A program made the position numbers and the translations under genes. Below are positions 1-8,086 of a stretch of 64,000 nucleotides of DNA, piece after piece. Each line of letters starts with the position of its first letter. Within the stretch, counting starts at the first letter, position 1. The DNA comes from Candidatus Coprosoma sp. (GTDB lineage Bacteria; Bacillota_I; Bacilli_A; RF39; UBA660): positions 1,995 to 65,994 of the forward strand of contig CAWVFK010000043.1 of assembly GCA_963928595.1 (NCBI GenBank). Direction: 5' to 3'. The notes beneath the pieces were generated by a model that saw only the letters and a list, made by a program, of their open reading frames with translations, was not told the DNA's origin and did not search any database.

Positions 1-18
1 AGGAAAAATTAAAAAGTC

Positions 19-420
19 ATGATCGAGAAAGTTGATGATATTAATTTAGTATTACCTTTTATTAAAAAGTATTTTCCCAATTATACTGTGGAAAACTCTC
101 CTTATGAAAAGATATTTTGTTATAAGGAAGAGGATAATATTATTGGTTTTATTTCATACAGTGTGATTTATGAGCGAGCTGAACTCAATTATATTGTGAC
201 GAGTGAACAATACCGAAGAAAAAGTATTGGTCAGAAGTTACTAGATCATGCAATGAATAATTTAAAAAATAATATGGTGGAAAACTTTAGTTTAGAGGTA
301 AATGTGAATAATAAAGTCGCTATTAAATTTTATTTAAAAAACAAATTTGAAATAAAAGCAACAAGACATAATTACTATGTAGATGGTGATGCTTATTTAA
401 TGGTTAGAGAAGTGAGGTGA
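19..420 (+). CDS. rimI: GNAT-family N-acetyltransferase, RimI-like
   Basis: 133-aa ORF with a GNAT acetyl-CoA-binding-like segment ([15 protein letters not shown]). It ends 4 nt before tsaD, matching the conserved rimI-tsaD arrangement. Confidence 0.7.
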   Translation: MIEKVDDINLVLPFIKKYFPNYTVENSPYEKIFCYKEEDNIIGFISYSVIYERAELNYIVTSEQYRRKSIGQKLLDHAMNNLKNNMVENFSLEVNVNNKVAIKFYLKNKFEIKATRHNYYVDGDAYLMVREVR

Positions 421-424
421 TATT

Positions 425-1420
425 ATGTATATTCTAGCAATAGAATCAAGTTGTGATGAGACAAGCGTGAGTATTATTAAAGATGGCCGTGAAGAGATTA
501 GTACAGTTATTTTGTCACAAATGGATACGCATGCGAATTATGGTGGAGTAGTTCCTGAGATTGCAAGTAGAATGCATGTGGAAAATATAACAATAGTGAT
601 CGATGAAGCTTTAAAAAAAGCTGATATGAGAATGGAAGATATGGATGCAATTGCTGTGACTTATGGGCCTGGTTTAATAGGATCTTTGTTAGTTGGCTTA
701 ATGGCAGCTAAAACTTTAGCTTTTATCTATAATAAACCATTGATACCAGTTCATCATATTGCCGGACATATATATGCGAATAATTTAGTTAAAAGACTCG
801 AGTTTCCTTTAATTGCTTTAGTGGTAAGTGGTGGTCACACAGAACTTATTTATATGAAAGAGGATTATAGTTTTGAAAAATTAGGCGGTACTTTGGACGA
901 TGCTGTTGGTGAAGCGTATGATAAAGTAGCTAGGGTTATTAATGTTCCTTATCCTGGAGGACCACTAGTTGATAAATTAGCTTTTGAAGGTGAAGATACA
1001 TATGATTTACCACTTCCTTTAAATGATGATAGTTATAATTTTAGTTTTAGTGGTCTTAAAAGTGCGGTTATTAATTTAGCGCACAATGAAAGACAAAGAG
1101 GTAATGCAATTATTCCGGCTAATATGGCATGTTCTTTTCAAAATAGAGTAGTAGAAATATTAGTTAAAAAGACAATGAAAGCCTTAAAAGACTATAATGT
1201 TAAGAATTTGATTGTAGCTGGAGGAGTTGCAGCTAATAAAGGTCTTAGAAAAGGATTAGCTGAAGCATGTGAAAAGGAAGAAATTAATTTAATTATTCCG
1301 GAGATGAAATATTGTACGGATAATGCGGCAATGATTGGAGCAGCTGCTTATTATGCTTATAAACGTGGCGATGTAGCTGGTTTAGATTTAAATGCGAAAG
1401 CTGTTGATACTTTAAAATAA
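425..1420 (+). CDS. tsaD: tRNA N6-adenosine threonylcarbamoyltransferase TsaD (Kae1/Gcp family)
   Basis: 331 aa with hallmark motifs [15 protein letters not shown] (metal-binding His pair), [14 protein letters not shown] and CTDNAAMIG. Confidence 0.95.
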   Translation: MYILAIESSCDETSVSIIKDGREEISTVILSQMDTHANYGGVVPEIASRMHVENITIVIDEALKKADMRMEDMDAIAVTYGPGLIGSLLVGLMAAKTLAFIYNKPLIPVHHIAGHIYANNLVKRLEFPLIALVVSGGHTELIYMKEDYSFEKLGGTLDDAVGEAYDKVARVINVPYPGGPLVDKLAFEGEDTYDLPLPLNDDSYNFSFSGLKSAVINLAHNERQRGNAIIPANMACSFQNRVVEILVKKTMKALKDYNVKNLIVAGGVAANKGLRKGLAEACEKEEINLIIPEMKYCTDNAAMIGAAAYYAYKRGDVAGLDLNAKAVDTLK

Positions 1421-1450
1421 CTATGAATTTGTGCATAGTTATTTTTCTTT
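1419..1450 (+). terminator. Rho-independent terminator after tsaD
   Basis: Stem AACTATG (1419-1425) pairs with CATAGTT (1434-1440) around an 8-nt loop, followed by ATTTTTCTTT. Confidence 0.55.
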
Positions 1451-1494
1451 ACTTATGATAATGGTTACTATATAATCAAAATAGGAGGTTATGT

Positions 1495-2178
1495 ATGGAA
1501 AGTAGAATAATTGGACAGACAGTTCCAATGGTGGAGCTTAAGTTAAGAGCTGGTGAGACAGTTTATACACAATCAGGTGGTATGGCATATCAAACTGAAG
1601 GTATTGAAATGAAGACTAATGCGAAAGGTGGTGTAATGCGTAGTTTAGGTAGAATGTTTACTGGGGAGTCAATATTTATGGCTAATTATACAGCAACTGT
1701 AGATGGGGCAATGGTAGCGTTTGCGACAACTGTACCTGGTAGTATTATGCGAGTTGATTTAAGTGGAAGTAATGGACTTATCATTCAGAAAGGATCGTTT
1801 TTGTGCGCGGAAGCATCGGTTGATACTAAAGTAGCTTTTACAAAAAAATTTAGTGCTGGCTTATTTGGTGGTGAAGGTTTTATTTTACAAAAGGCTACTG
1901 GTCAAGGTACTTTATTTTTAGAGGTTGACGGTGATCCAATCGAAAAAGTTTTGGCACCTGGAGAAGTATTAAAAGTTGATAGTGGAAATGTTGTAGCTTT
2001 TGAACCAACTGTTTCTTATGAAATAGAAACTATTAAAGGTCTTGGAAATATTTTCTTAGGTGGTGAGGGATTATTTTTAACCAAGTTAGTAGGGCCTGGT
2101 AAAGTTATTATTCAATCTCAAAATTTCCAAGATTTTGCGAATAGATTAATTCCGTTTATGCCTAGTTCAAATAATTAA
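1495..2178 (+). CDS. TIGR00266/AIM24-family protein (DUF124-like), function unknown
   Basis: 227 aa with the family pattern GETVYTQSGGMAY, FTGESIFMANY, GGEGFILQK, GGEGLFLTKL.GPGKV..QS. A good RBS (AGGAGG) lies upstream. Confidence 0.7.
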   Translation: MESRIIGQTVPMVELKLRAGETVYTQSGGMAYQTEGIEMKTNAKGGVMRSLGRMFTGESIFMANYTATVDGAMVAFATTVPGSIMRVDLSGSNGLIIQKGSFLCAEASVDTKVAFTKKFSAGLFGGEGFILQKATGQGTLFLEVDGDPIEKVLAPGEVLKVDSGNVVAFEPTVSYEIETIKGLGNIFLGGEGLFLTKLVGPGKVIIQSQNFQDFANRLIPFMPSSNN

Positions 2179-2245
2179 AAAAGCTAAAGATTCAAGAAAA
2201 TTTTTGTTAAATAATAATGTCATATTATTATAGAACCCAAAAAGG

Positions 2246-3031
2246 CTATTTTGTTAGCCTTTTTTCTATGAAAACAATTAAATAATACATTAAACTAGCC
2301 ATGATAGCAAGTAAGATAATACCTGTCATTACTAGATTTAAATTAAATACTTGTGAACCATACATAATTAGATAACCGACGCCAGCTTTTGATACTAAGA
2401 ATTCTCCCATAATGACACCTATAAATACTAATCCAATATTTACTTTGCAAGAACTTATTAGATTTTTATAATTACTTGGTAAAATTAATTTAAAATAAAT
2501 TTGATGAGGTTTAGCTTTAAAACTTTTGAGCAATCTAATTTTATTTTCATCGGTGGAAGTAAAGGCTTGGTGAACGTTTATTATTGTTACAATAACAGAG
2601 ATAAATAAAGCCATGATGATAATAGAATTAGTACTTGCTCCAGCAATAATAATTATAATAGGTCCTAGAGAAACTTTAGGTAAACTATTTAATATAGTTA
2701 GATATGGATCGATGACTCTAGATATGAATTTAAATCTCCAGAGAATAGTAGCAATTATAATTCCACCTATAGTACCAATTAAAAAACTAATTATAACTTC
2801 ATAAAAGGTAATCCAGATGTGATGAAGTAAAGAACCGTCTTTATATAAGTTTATTATGGTCTCTATGATTGATTTTGGACTTGAGGCGATAAAAGTATTA
2901 ATAAGATTATTATCAGCCGCATATTGCCAAATAAGGATAAATAAAACAATTATTGATATTTGTGTTAGACGAACTAAAAAATTGGTTATTTTTATTCTTT
3001 TTAAATATTCTTTATGTTCTTTACTATACAT
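2246..3031 (-). CDS. ABC transporter permease (nitrate/sulfonate/taurine NitT-type family)
   Basis: Polytopic membrane ORF. The start is placed at MYSKEH (ATG 3031), which overlaps the upstream ATPase stop in an ATGTATAG junction. It is cotranscribed with the ATPase and the NMT1-like binding protein. Confidence 0.75.
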   Translation of the reverse strand: MYSKEHKEYLKRIKITNFLVRLTQISIIVLFILIWQYAADNNLINTFIASSPKSIIETIINLYKDGSLLHHIWITFYEVIISFLIGTIGGIIIATILWRFKFISRVIDPYLTILNSLPKVSLGPIIIIIAGASTNSIIIMALFISVIVTIINVHQAFTSTDENKIRLLKSFKAKPHQIYFKLILPSNYKNLISSCKVNIGLVFIGVIMGEFLVSKAGVGYLIMYGSQVFNLNLVMTGIILLAIMASLMYYLIVFIEKRLTK

Positions 3032-3767
3032 GGTAATCAATGTCCTTCCAAATTTTGTCATAATAATAAGCAAATTCTTTAGCTTTTCTATTTTTGATAG
3101 GTGTAGATTTACCAGTTAGTTTTATTTCATAAATACTTTTAATTTTACTTGGTCTTGGTGACATGACAATTACTCTATCAGCCATACTGATGGCTTCAGA
3201 CAAGTCATGGGTAACCATAATTGCACTTTTTTTCTCTTTTTTGATGATTTTATAGACATCATCAGAAACAGCTAATCTGGTTTGATAGTCTAAAGCCGAA
3301 AAAGGTTCGTCTAGAAATAATATATCGGGTTTAGTAGCTAAGGTTCTAATAAGTGATACTCTTTGCCTCATACCTCCAGACAAATTATTAGGATAGGCTT
3401 TTTTAAAGTCTTTTAATCCATATGTATCTAATAAGTTATTAACATATTCAATGTTTTCTTTAGTTAGTTTGTTTTCAAGCTCTAAGCCGATTAAACAATT
3501 CTTATATATGGTACGCCAATCAAAGAGGTTATCTCCTTGAAGCATGTAACCAAATTTTAGATTTGGATCAATTTCAATGGTTCCACTAGAAGCATTATCT
3601 AGACCACATAATATGGAAAGTATAGTACTTTTACCACAACCACTAGGTCCAACAATGGCGATGAATTCACCTTGTTTTAAATTTAAGGAAAAATTATCCA
3701 CAGCTAAAATTTCGTTATTTTTAGTGTGATAAATTTTTCTTAAGTCTTTAACTTTTAAAATATCCAT
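3024..3767 (-). CDS. ABC transporter ATP-binding protein
   Basis: Walker A GPSGCGKST, ABC signature LSGGMRQR, Walker B ILFLDEPFSALD, H-loop VTHD. Confidence 0.9.
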   Translation of the reverse strand: MDILKVKDLRKIYHTKNNEILAVDNFSLNLKQGEFIAIVGPSGCGKSTILSILCGLDNASSGTIEIDPNLKFGYMLQGDNLFDWRTIYKNCLIGLELENKLTKENIEYVNNLLDTYGLKDFKKAYPNNLSGGMRQRVSLIRTLATKPDILFLDEPFSALDYQTRLAVSDDVYKIIKKEKKSAIMVTHDLSEAISMADRVIVMSPRPSKIKSIYEIKLTGKSTPIKNRKAKEFAYYYDKIWKDIDYHV

Positions 3768-4753
3768 TATTTTTTAGCGTATTTATTATTGACTAATTTT
3801 GAGTAAGGTGCATTTTCATCTAATTGACCAGCATTTTTAACTATTTCTTGAATATGTTTAAAATCATTTTCAGAAATATAAGTTGTATCGTACCATGAAT
3901 CAATATCTTTGTATCTTTGAACTATTTGGACTAAGTCTTTATCAGATGTGTCTGGAAAGTAATCCTTGATGTTTTTGGCTATTTCTTCACTAGTGTGATT
4001 ATGAACATAATCTAAACCTTTTTGAATAGCTCTAGTAAAGCCTTCAATAACATCTGGATTTTCTTTAATGTAACTTTTTTTTGCGTTGTAAGTAGTATAT
4101 GGAACATTGCCACCCAATTCGCCAATAGAGGCAACAATATAACCATATCCTTCTTTTTCAAGTTCTGAGGCGGTTGGTTCAAATAGAGCAACATAATCAC
4201 CAGTGCCACCAATAAAAGCGCCTGACATAGAAGCAAAGTCAATACTGGTATCTATGTTTGTTTCATCACTTTTGATACCATTAATATTTAAGGCGTATTC
4301 TAAGGTCATAGCTGGCATACCACCTTCACGACCACCAATAATATGTTTTCCTTTTAAATCTTCTAAACTAAAATTATCTGTTTTTTCTCTGGCAACTAAG
4401 AAACTACCATCTTTTTTAGTTAAACCAGCAAAGTTTATTAAATAGTCTTTTTGTCCACCATTATAAACATATATGGTTGATTCACTACCACAGAAACCGA
4501 TTTGGACATCGCCTGACAATACAGCGGCGGTAACTTTATCGGCACCTGAGGTTAAAATGATTTCAACATCTAATCCTTCTTCTTCAAAGTATCCTAATGA
4601 ATGAGCTATATACTGTGGTGCATAAAAGATACTATGGGTTACTTCGGCTACTTTCACTTTTGTTAAACTCGTTTCTTCTTTTTTAGGTTTAAAAACAAAA
4701 AATCCGGTAATTATTAGGCCGACAGCTAATAATATAATGATAAATTTTTTCAA
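3767..4753 (-). CDS. ABC transporter substrate-binding protein (NMT1/THI5-like), membrane-anchored
   Basis: 328 aa with an N-terminal hydrophobic anchor (no lipobox Cys). The periplasmic-binding-protein-like sequence resembles SsuA/NMT1-type binders. It overlaps the ATPase start by 1 nt. Confidence 0.7.
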   Translation of the reverse strand: MKKFIIILLAVGLIITGFFVFKPKKEETSLTKVKVAEVTHSIFYAPQYIAHSLGYFEEEGLDVEIILTSGADKVTAAVLSGDVQIGFCGSESTIYVYNGGQKDYLINFAGLTKKDGSFLVAREKTDNFSLEDLKGKHIIGGREGGMPAMTLEYALNINGIKSDETNIDTSIDFASMSGAFIGGTGDYVALFEPTASELEKEGYGYIVASIGELGGNVPYTTYNAKKSYIKENPDVIEGFTRAIQKGLDYVHNHTSEEIAKNIKDYFPDTSDKDLVQIVQRYKDIDSWYDTTYISENDFKHIQEIVKNAGQLDENAPYSKLVNNKYAKK

Positions 4754-4846
4754 AAATCCCTCTCCTTTCTAATTCCATAGTATTATATTCTTAAAATTAT
4801 AAAAGGTTTTCAAAAAATATGGTAAAATGGAGATGGGTGATTTTAT

Positions 4847-5302
4847 ATGAATATTGGAGAATGCAAGGTTGCATTGATAGACTATAATGGCAATATAAAG
4901 ATGATGGGTAAGGCTGGAGATCCTACATTTCATGTGGATTATTTATTTGAATACTTTAATGAAACGTATCCTTCAGAACCGAAATTGAAATTACTAATGG
5001 ATGAATATCGAAGAGATGTTTATGCATATCATTTTGGTAATTTTGGCTATGTTGTATTTTATAACCATATACATGAAGGTTTTAAGTACGGAATGTTTTA
5101 TTTTCCAACGGGTCTTTCTAAAGAACAAGAGGTAGTTCTGGAAAATTTAGATTTAGATGATGAAATAGTAGCTATATGTTTTGATCCAACTGATTTTGGT
5201 TCGTTTGTAAATTATGAAATGGTTGGAGCAGATGGTGAATATAGATTAAGTGAAGCGATGAACGAGTATTATGAAAAGAAAAATTCACATTTAAAGAGGT
5301 AA
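4847..5302 (+). CDS. Hypothetical cytoplasmic protein, paralog 1 of a 5-member tandem family
   Basis: 151 aa. Shares the family signature with the next four ORFs: FHVDYL..Y, YP, G.VV.YN, GMFYFP..LSKEQ. No signal peptide or TM segment. Confidence 0.7.
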   Translation: MNIGECKVALIDYNGNIKMMGKAGDPTFHVDYLFEYFNETYPSEPKLKLLMDEYRRDVYAYHFGNFGYVVFYNHIHEGFKYGMFYFPTGLSKEQEVVLENLDLDDEIVAICFDPTDFGSFVNYEMVGADGEYRLSEAMNEYYEKKNSHLKR

Positions 5303-5311
5303 AGAAGGTAT

Positions 5312-5761
5312 ATGGATAAAAGAATAATTGATAGTAAAGTTACTATAATCGATGAAAGTGGGATACCACATATGATGGGTAAGGTTAATGAACAAAGACT
5401 TCATGTGAAATACTTGTTGGATTATATTCATTTAAATTTTCCGAGTATTAAGATAGATAATTTAACGGTGGGAAATGCAAGAGAACGTTTTGCTTATCAA
5501 ATTACTGTTTTTGGTGATATAATTTATTTTAATGATTTGAATTTTGGTATGTTATATTTTCCTCATGAATTAACTGATGAGCAGTTAGAAACTTTGGATA
5601 ATATTGATTTAGGTAATCAAAAGATTGGAATTTGTTATAATTTAAAAGAAGTAGGAAAAAATATAATGTTTAGAACAATTGGCATGGATAATGATTATAC
5701 TTTAAAAGAAGCAATGGAAGAATATATGAATGTGGTGGCAGTTAAACTTTATAGGAGATGA
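5312..5761 (+). CDS. Hypothetical protein, paralog 2 of tandem family
   Basis: 149 aa with LHVKYLLDY, FP, GDIIYFN, GMLYFPHELTDEQLETL. Lies 9 nt after paralog 1. Confidence 0.7.
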   Translation: MDKRIIDSKVTIIDESGIPHMMGKVNEQRLHVKYLLDYIHLNFPSIKIDNLTVGNARERFAYQITVFGDIIYFNDLNFGMLYFPHELTDEQLETLDNIDLGNQKIGICYNLKEVGKNIMFRTIGMDNDYTLKEAMEEYMNVVAVKLYRR

Positions 5762-6243
5762 GGTTTGTTATGTTGAATGTAAATGATTATAAGTTAGTAA
5801 TTATAGCCGGTTCTAAAGAAGAGGATGGAATGATTCGCTTTTTTGGAGAATCGAGTGAATATAGGTTTCATCTGGATGCTTTAAAAGATTATTTATATAC
5901 CTATTATAAATCTTTAGCTGAAGACATTAATGCTGATGACAAGAAAAATTACAATGAAATTATAATTTATTTAAATGAGATGGGAGATATAGTTTATTTA
6001 CATTCAATTGGATATGGTTTGTTGTTTGTTCCAAAGCAAATTAGTAGAAATCAGATTATGGCTTTATATGATGTATTTAATTCATTTGAAAGAACTTCTA
6101 TTTATATAGATTATAATTTGACTAGAAGAGAAGATGGAATTTTTCCTGAAAATATTGTTGATTATGTAGAAGGTAATGAAAATTATGAAACATTAGATAA
6201 TTTCTTTTATAAGAACTCATATGTTAAAGGTAGGGTGAAATAA
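5758..6243 (+). CDS. Hypothetical protein, paralog 3 of tandem family
   Basis: 161 aa with FHLDALKDY, GDIVYLH, GLLFVPKQISRNQIMAL. Its start overlaps the paralog 2 stop by 4 nt (ATGA). Confidence 0.65.
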   Translation: MRFVMLNVNDYKLVIIAGSKEEDGMIRFFGESSEYRFHLDALKDYLYTYYKSLAEDINADDKKNYNEIIIYLNEMGDIVYLHSIGYGLLFVPKQISRNQIMALYDVFNSFERTSIYIDYNLTRREDGIFPENIVDYVEGNENYETLDNFFYKNSYVKGRVK

Positions 6244-6247
6244 TCTA

Positions 6248-6733
6248 ATGGATGAATATATGATAGCTATAATAAATGGTGGAAGTGAAGATAATGGTGA
6301 TATTACTTATTTAGGATATAAATTTAATTATAATTATCACGCACTATGTTTAATTGATTATGCTGTTCATAAATATCCAAATATTTCTGGGTTTGAAAAT
6401 ATAGATTATATGAGTGAACCTATTTTACCATTTTATTATCTATCTCTTTTGAATAATATTATATTTGCTAATGTGTCAGTGGACGACGAAAAAAGAGGCA
6501 TGTTATATTTACCAAAAAATGTTTCTGATGAGCAATTAACAACACTTCTACAATTTATTAACTCAATATATGAATTTAAAGTAACGATAGTTTATGATTT
6601 ATCATTAATTGATGATATGGTGTTGGGTAAAGATTTACAGGTTTTAAAAGATGAAGATATGAAAGATCAAATAATGAGATTTGTTTTAGAAAAACAAACT
6701 TCGGAAAAAGAAAGAAGGTTATATAATGGATAA
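6248..6733 (+). CDS. Hypothetical protein, paralog 4 of tandem family
   Basis: 161 aa with YHALCLIDY, YP, NNIIFAN, GMLYLPKNVSDEQLTTL. Lies 4 nt after paralog 3. Confidence 0.65.
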   Translation: MDEYMIAIINGGSEDNGDITYLGYKFNYNYHALCLIDYAVHKYPNISGFENIDYMSEPILPFYYLSLLNNIIFANVSVDDEKRGMLYLPKNVSDEQLTTLLQFINSIYEFKVTIVYDLSLIDDMVLGKDLQVLKDEDMKDQIMRFVLEKQTSEKERRLYNG

Positions 6734-7220
6734 AAACATTGGTGATTATAAAGCGGTAATTATTAATGGAACTAATGATAAGAGTGATGACATTGATGGG
6801 CATGTAGATTTTGTTGGTCCAATTGGTGAATGTGATTATCATGTGGATTGTTTGTTAAATTATGCTAGAGATAAGTACCCTTATGTTTCAATTTTTCAAA
6901 GGATTACTGATAGGTGTGAACCTGATGTGCCAATTTTTTTCTTAACTTGGCTTAATAATGTTGTATATATTAATATTTCTGGAAATCGTGTTGGTAAATA
7001 TGGTATGTTATTTTTACCTGATGAAATTAGTGAAAAACAACTTAAATTAATATATGAGCTTGCCAAACAAATCCCAAAGGCACATGTAGATATAGTATAT
7101 GATATGGATTTTGATGATGGCTTTGTTGAAAGCAAGGAATTTAATTATGAAAGAGGAAAAGGTTTTGAAGAAACATTAAATGAATTTTTAAAAAAAGTTA
7201 ATCAAAAAAAGTCTAAATAA
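6726..7220 (+). CDS. Hypothetical protein, paralog 5 of tandem family
   Basis: 164 aa with YHVDCLLNY, YP, NNVVYIN, GMLFLPDEISEKQLKLI. Overlaps paralog 4 by 8 nt. Confidence 0.65.
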   Translation: MDKNIGDYKAVIINGTNDKSDDIDGHVDFVGPIGECDYHVDCLLNYARDKYPYVSIFQRITDRCEPDVPIFFLTWLNNVVYINISGNRVGKYGMLFLPDEISEKQLKLIYELAKQIPKAHVDIVYDMDFDDGFVESKEFNYERGKGFEETLNEFLKKVNQKKSK

Positions 7221-7233
7221 CTAGACTTTTTTT
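7204..7233. terminator. Bidirectional hairpin terminator shared by convergent genes
   Basis: Perfect 12-bp stem AAAAAAAGTCTA (7204-7215) pairing with TAGACTTTTTTT (7222-7233) around a 6-nt loop. A-run on one side and T-run on the other. The stop codons of both convergent genes (TAA 7218-7220; TAG complement 7221-7223) lie in the loop or stem. Confidence 0.7.
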
Positions 7234-7970
7234 AACTTTCCTTGTTTTAAAAGATTTAACATTTGAATGTTTTGAAAGTATGAACCGTGATAATTTTTAA
7301 TATTGTTTGCTTGAGCTAATTTTTTTCGATAGTTATATGAACTATTGATACCGATTGATTTTAATGCGTCAACAATTGATCCGTGTTTATAATTTTTGGC
7401 ATTTAGATATTCGTTCGATGTGTTACTGGAGGATATATTTTCTTGTTTAATAGTTTCTTCTGTTTTAGGGGTGTGTTTTGTATGATTATTATTTTGAATT
7501 GAATTTTGTGAGGTAGGTATGTTTTTTGTTTGTTTTTCAGTAACACTAGGGTTATCTACTTGGGCATTTAAAGAAATTATAGGGTTTTCTTTGACATTAT
7601 TTGAAGTTTGAATTTCTAAGTGCAAATGTTTTCCATAGGCGTTGCCAGTTTCACCAATGGTACCAATTATGGTACCTTTTTCAATATACTGTCCTTTATT
7701 TACTTTGATAGAACCATATTTCATATGGGCATATAAGGCTGTTTTACCATTATCTTGTTTTATTTTGATATAATTGCCATAGGTATCTAAACCTTTACTT
7801 TTATGGTCTGTCCCTTTGACATTATTTACGATGGTAGTTACAGTTCCACTTTCTAAGGCAATAATGTTAGTTTCGCTTCGGTCACTAGCAACAATATCAA
7901 TAGCTTTGTGATCTGTGTTATACTCGTTTGTAATAATTTCATTCATACTTTCCAATACATGTGTAACCAT
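7221..7970 (-). CDS. M23-family metallopeptidase (lysostaphin-like peptidoglycan hydrolase) with C-terminal wall-binding-like domain
   Basis: 249 aa with M23 motifs HKAIDI, GNYIKI..DNG..ALYAHM and GETGNAYGKHLHLEI (HxH). A polar linker is followed by a C-terminal GSIVDALKSIGINSSYNYRKKLAQANNIKNYHGS..QN..MLNLLKQGKL module. No N-terminal signal peptide is visible. Confidence 0.8.
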   Translation of the reverse strand: MVTHVLESMNEIITNEYNTDHKAIDIVASDRSETNIIALESGTVTTIVNNVKGTDHKSKGLDTYGNYIKIKQDNGKTALYAHMKYGSIKVNKGQYIEKGTIIGTIGETGNAYGKHLHLEIQTSNNVKENPIISLNAQVDNPSVTEKQTKNIPTSQNSIQNNNHTKHTPKTEETIKQENISSSNTSNEYLNAKNYKHGSIVDALKSIGINSSYNYRKKLAQANNIKNYHGSYFQNIQMLNLLKQGKLKKV

Positions 7971-8086
7971 CTTTTAGTGGTATTCACCTCCCTTCATAGA
8001 TTAATATACGGTGTCAATTAGCTGTTTTCCTTCTTTTTTTTTAAATTTTTTTAAAAAATTTGGTATAATGGTAGTGGTGATAGTAA

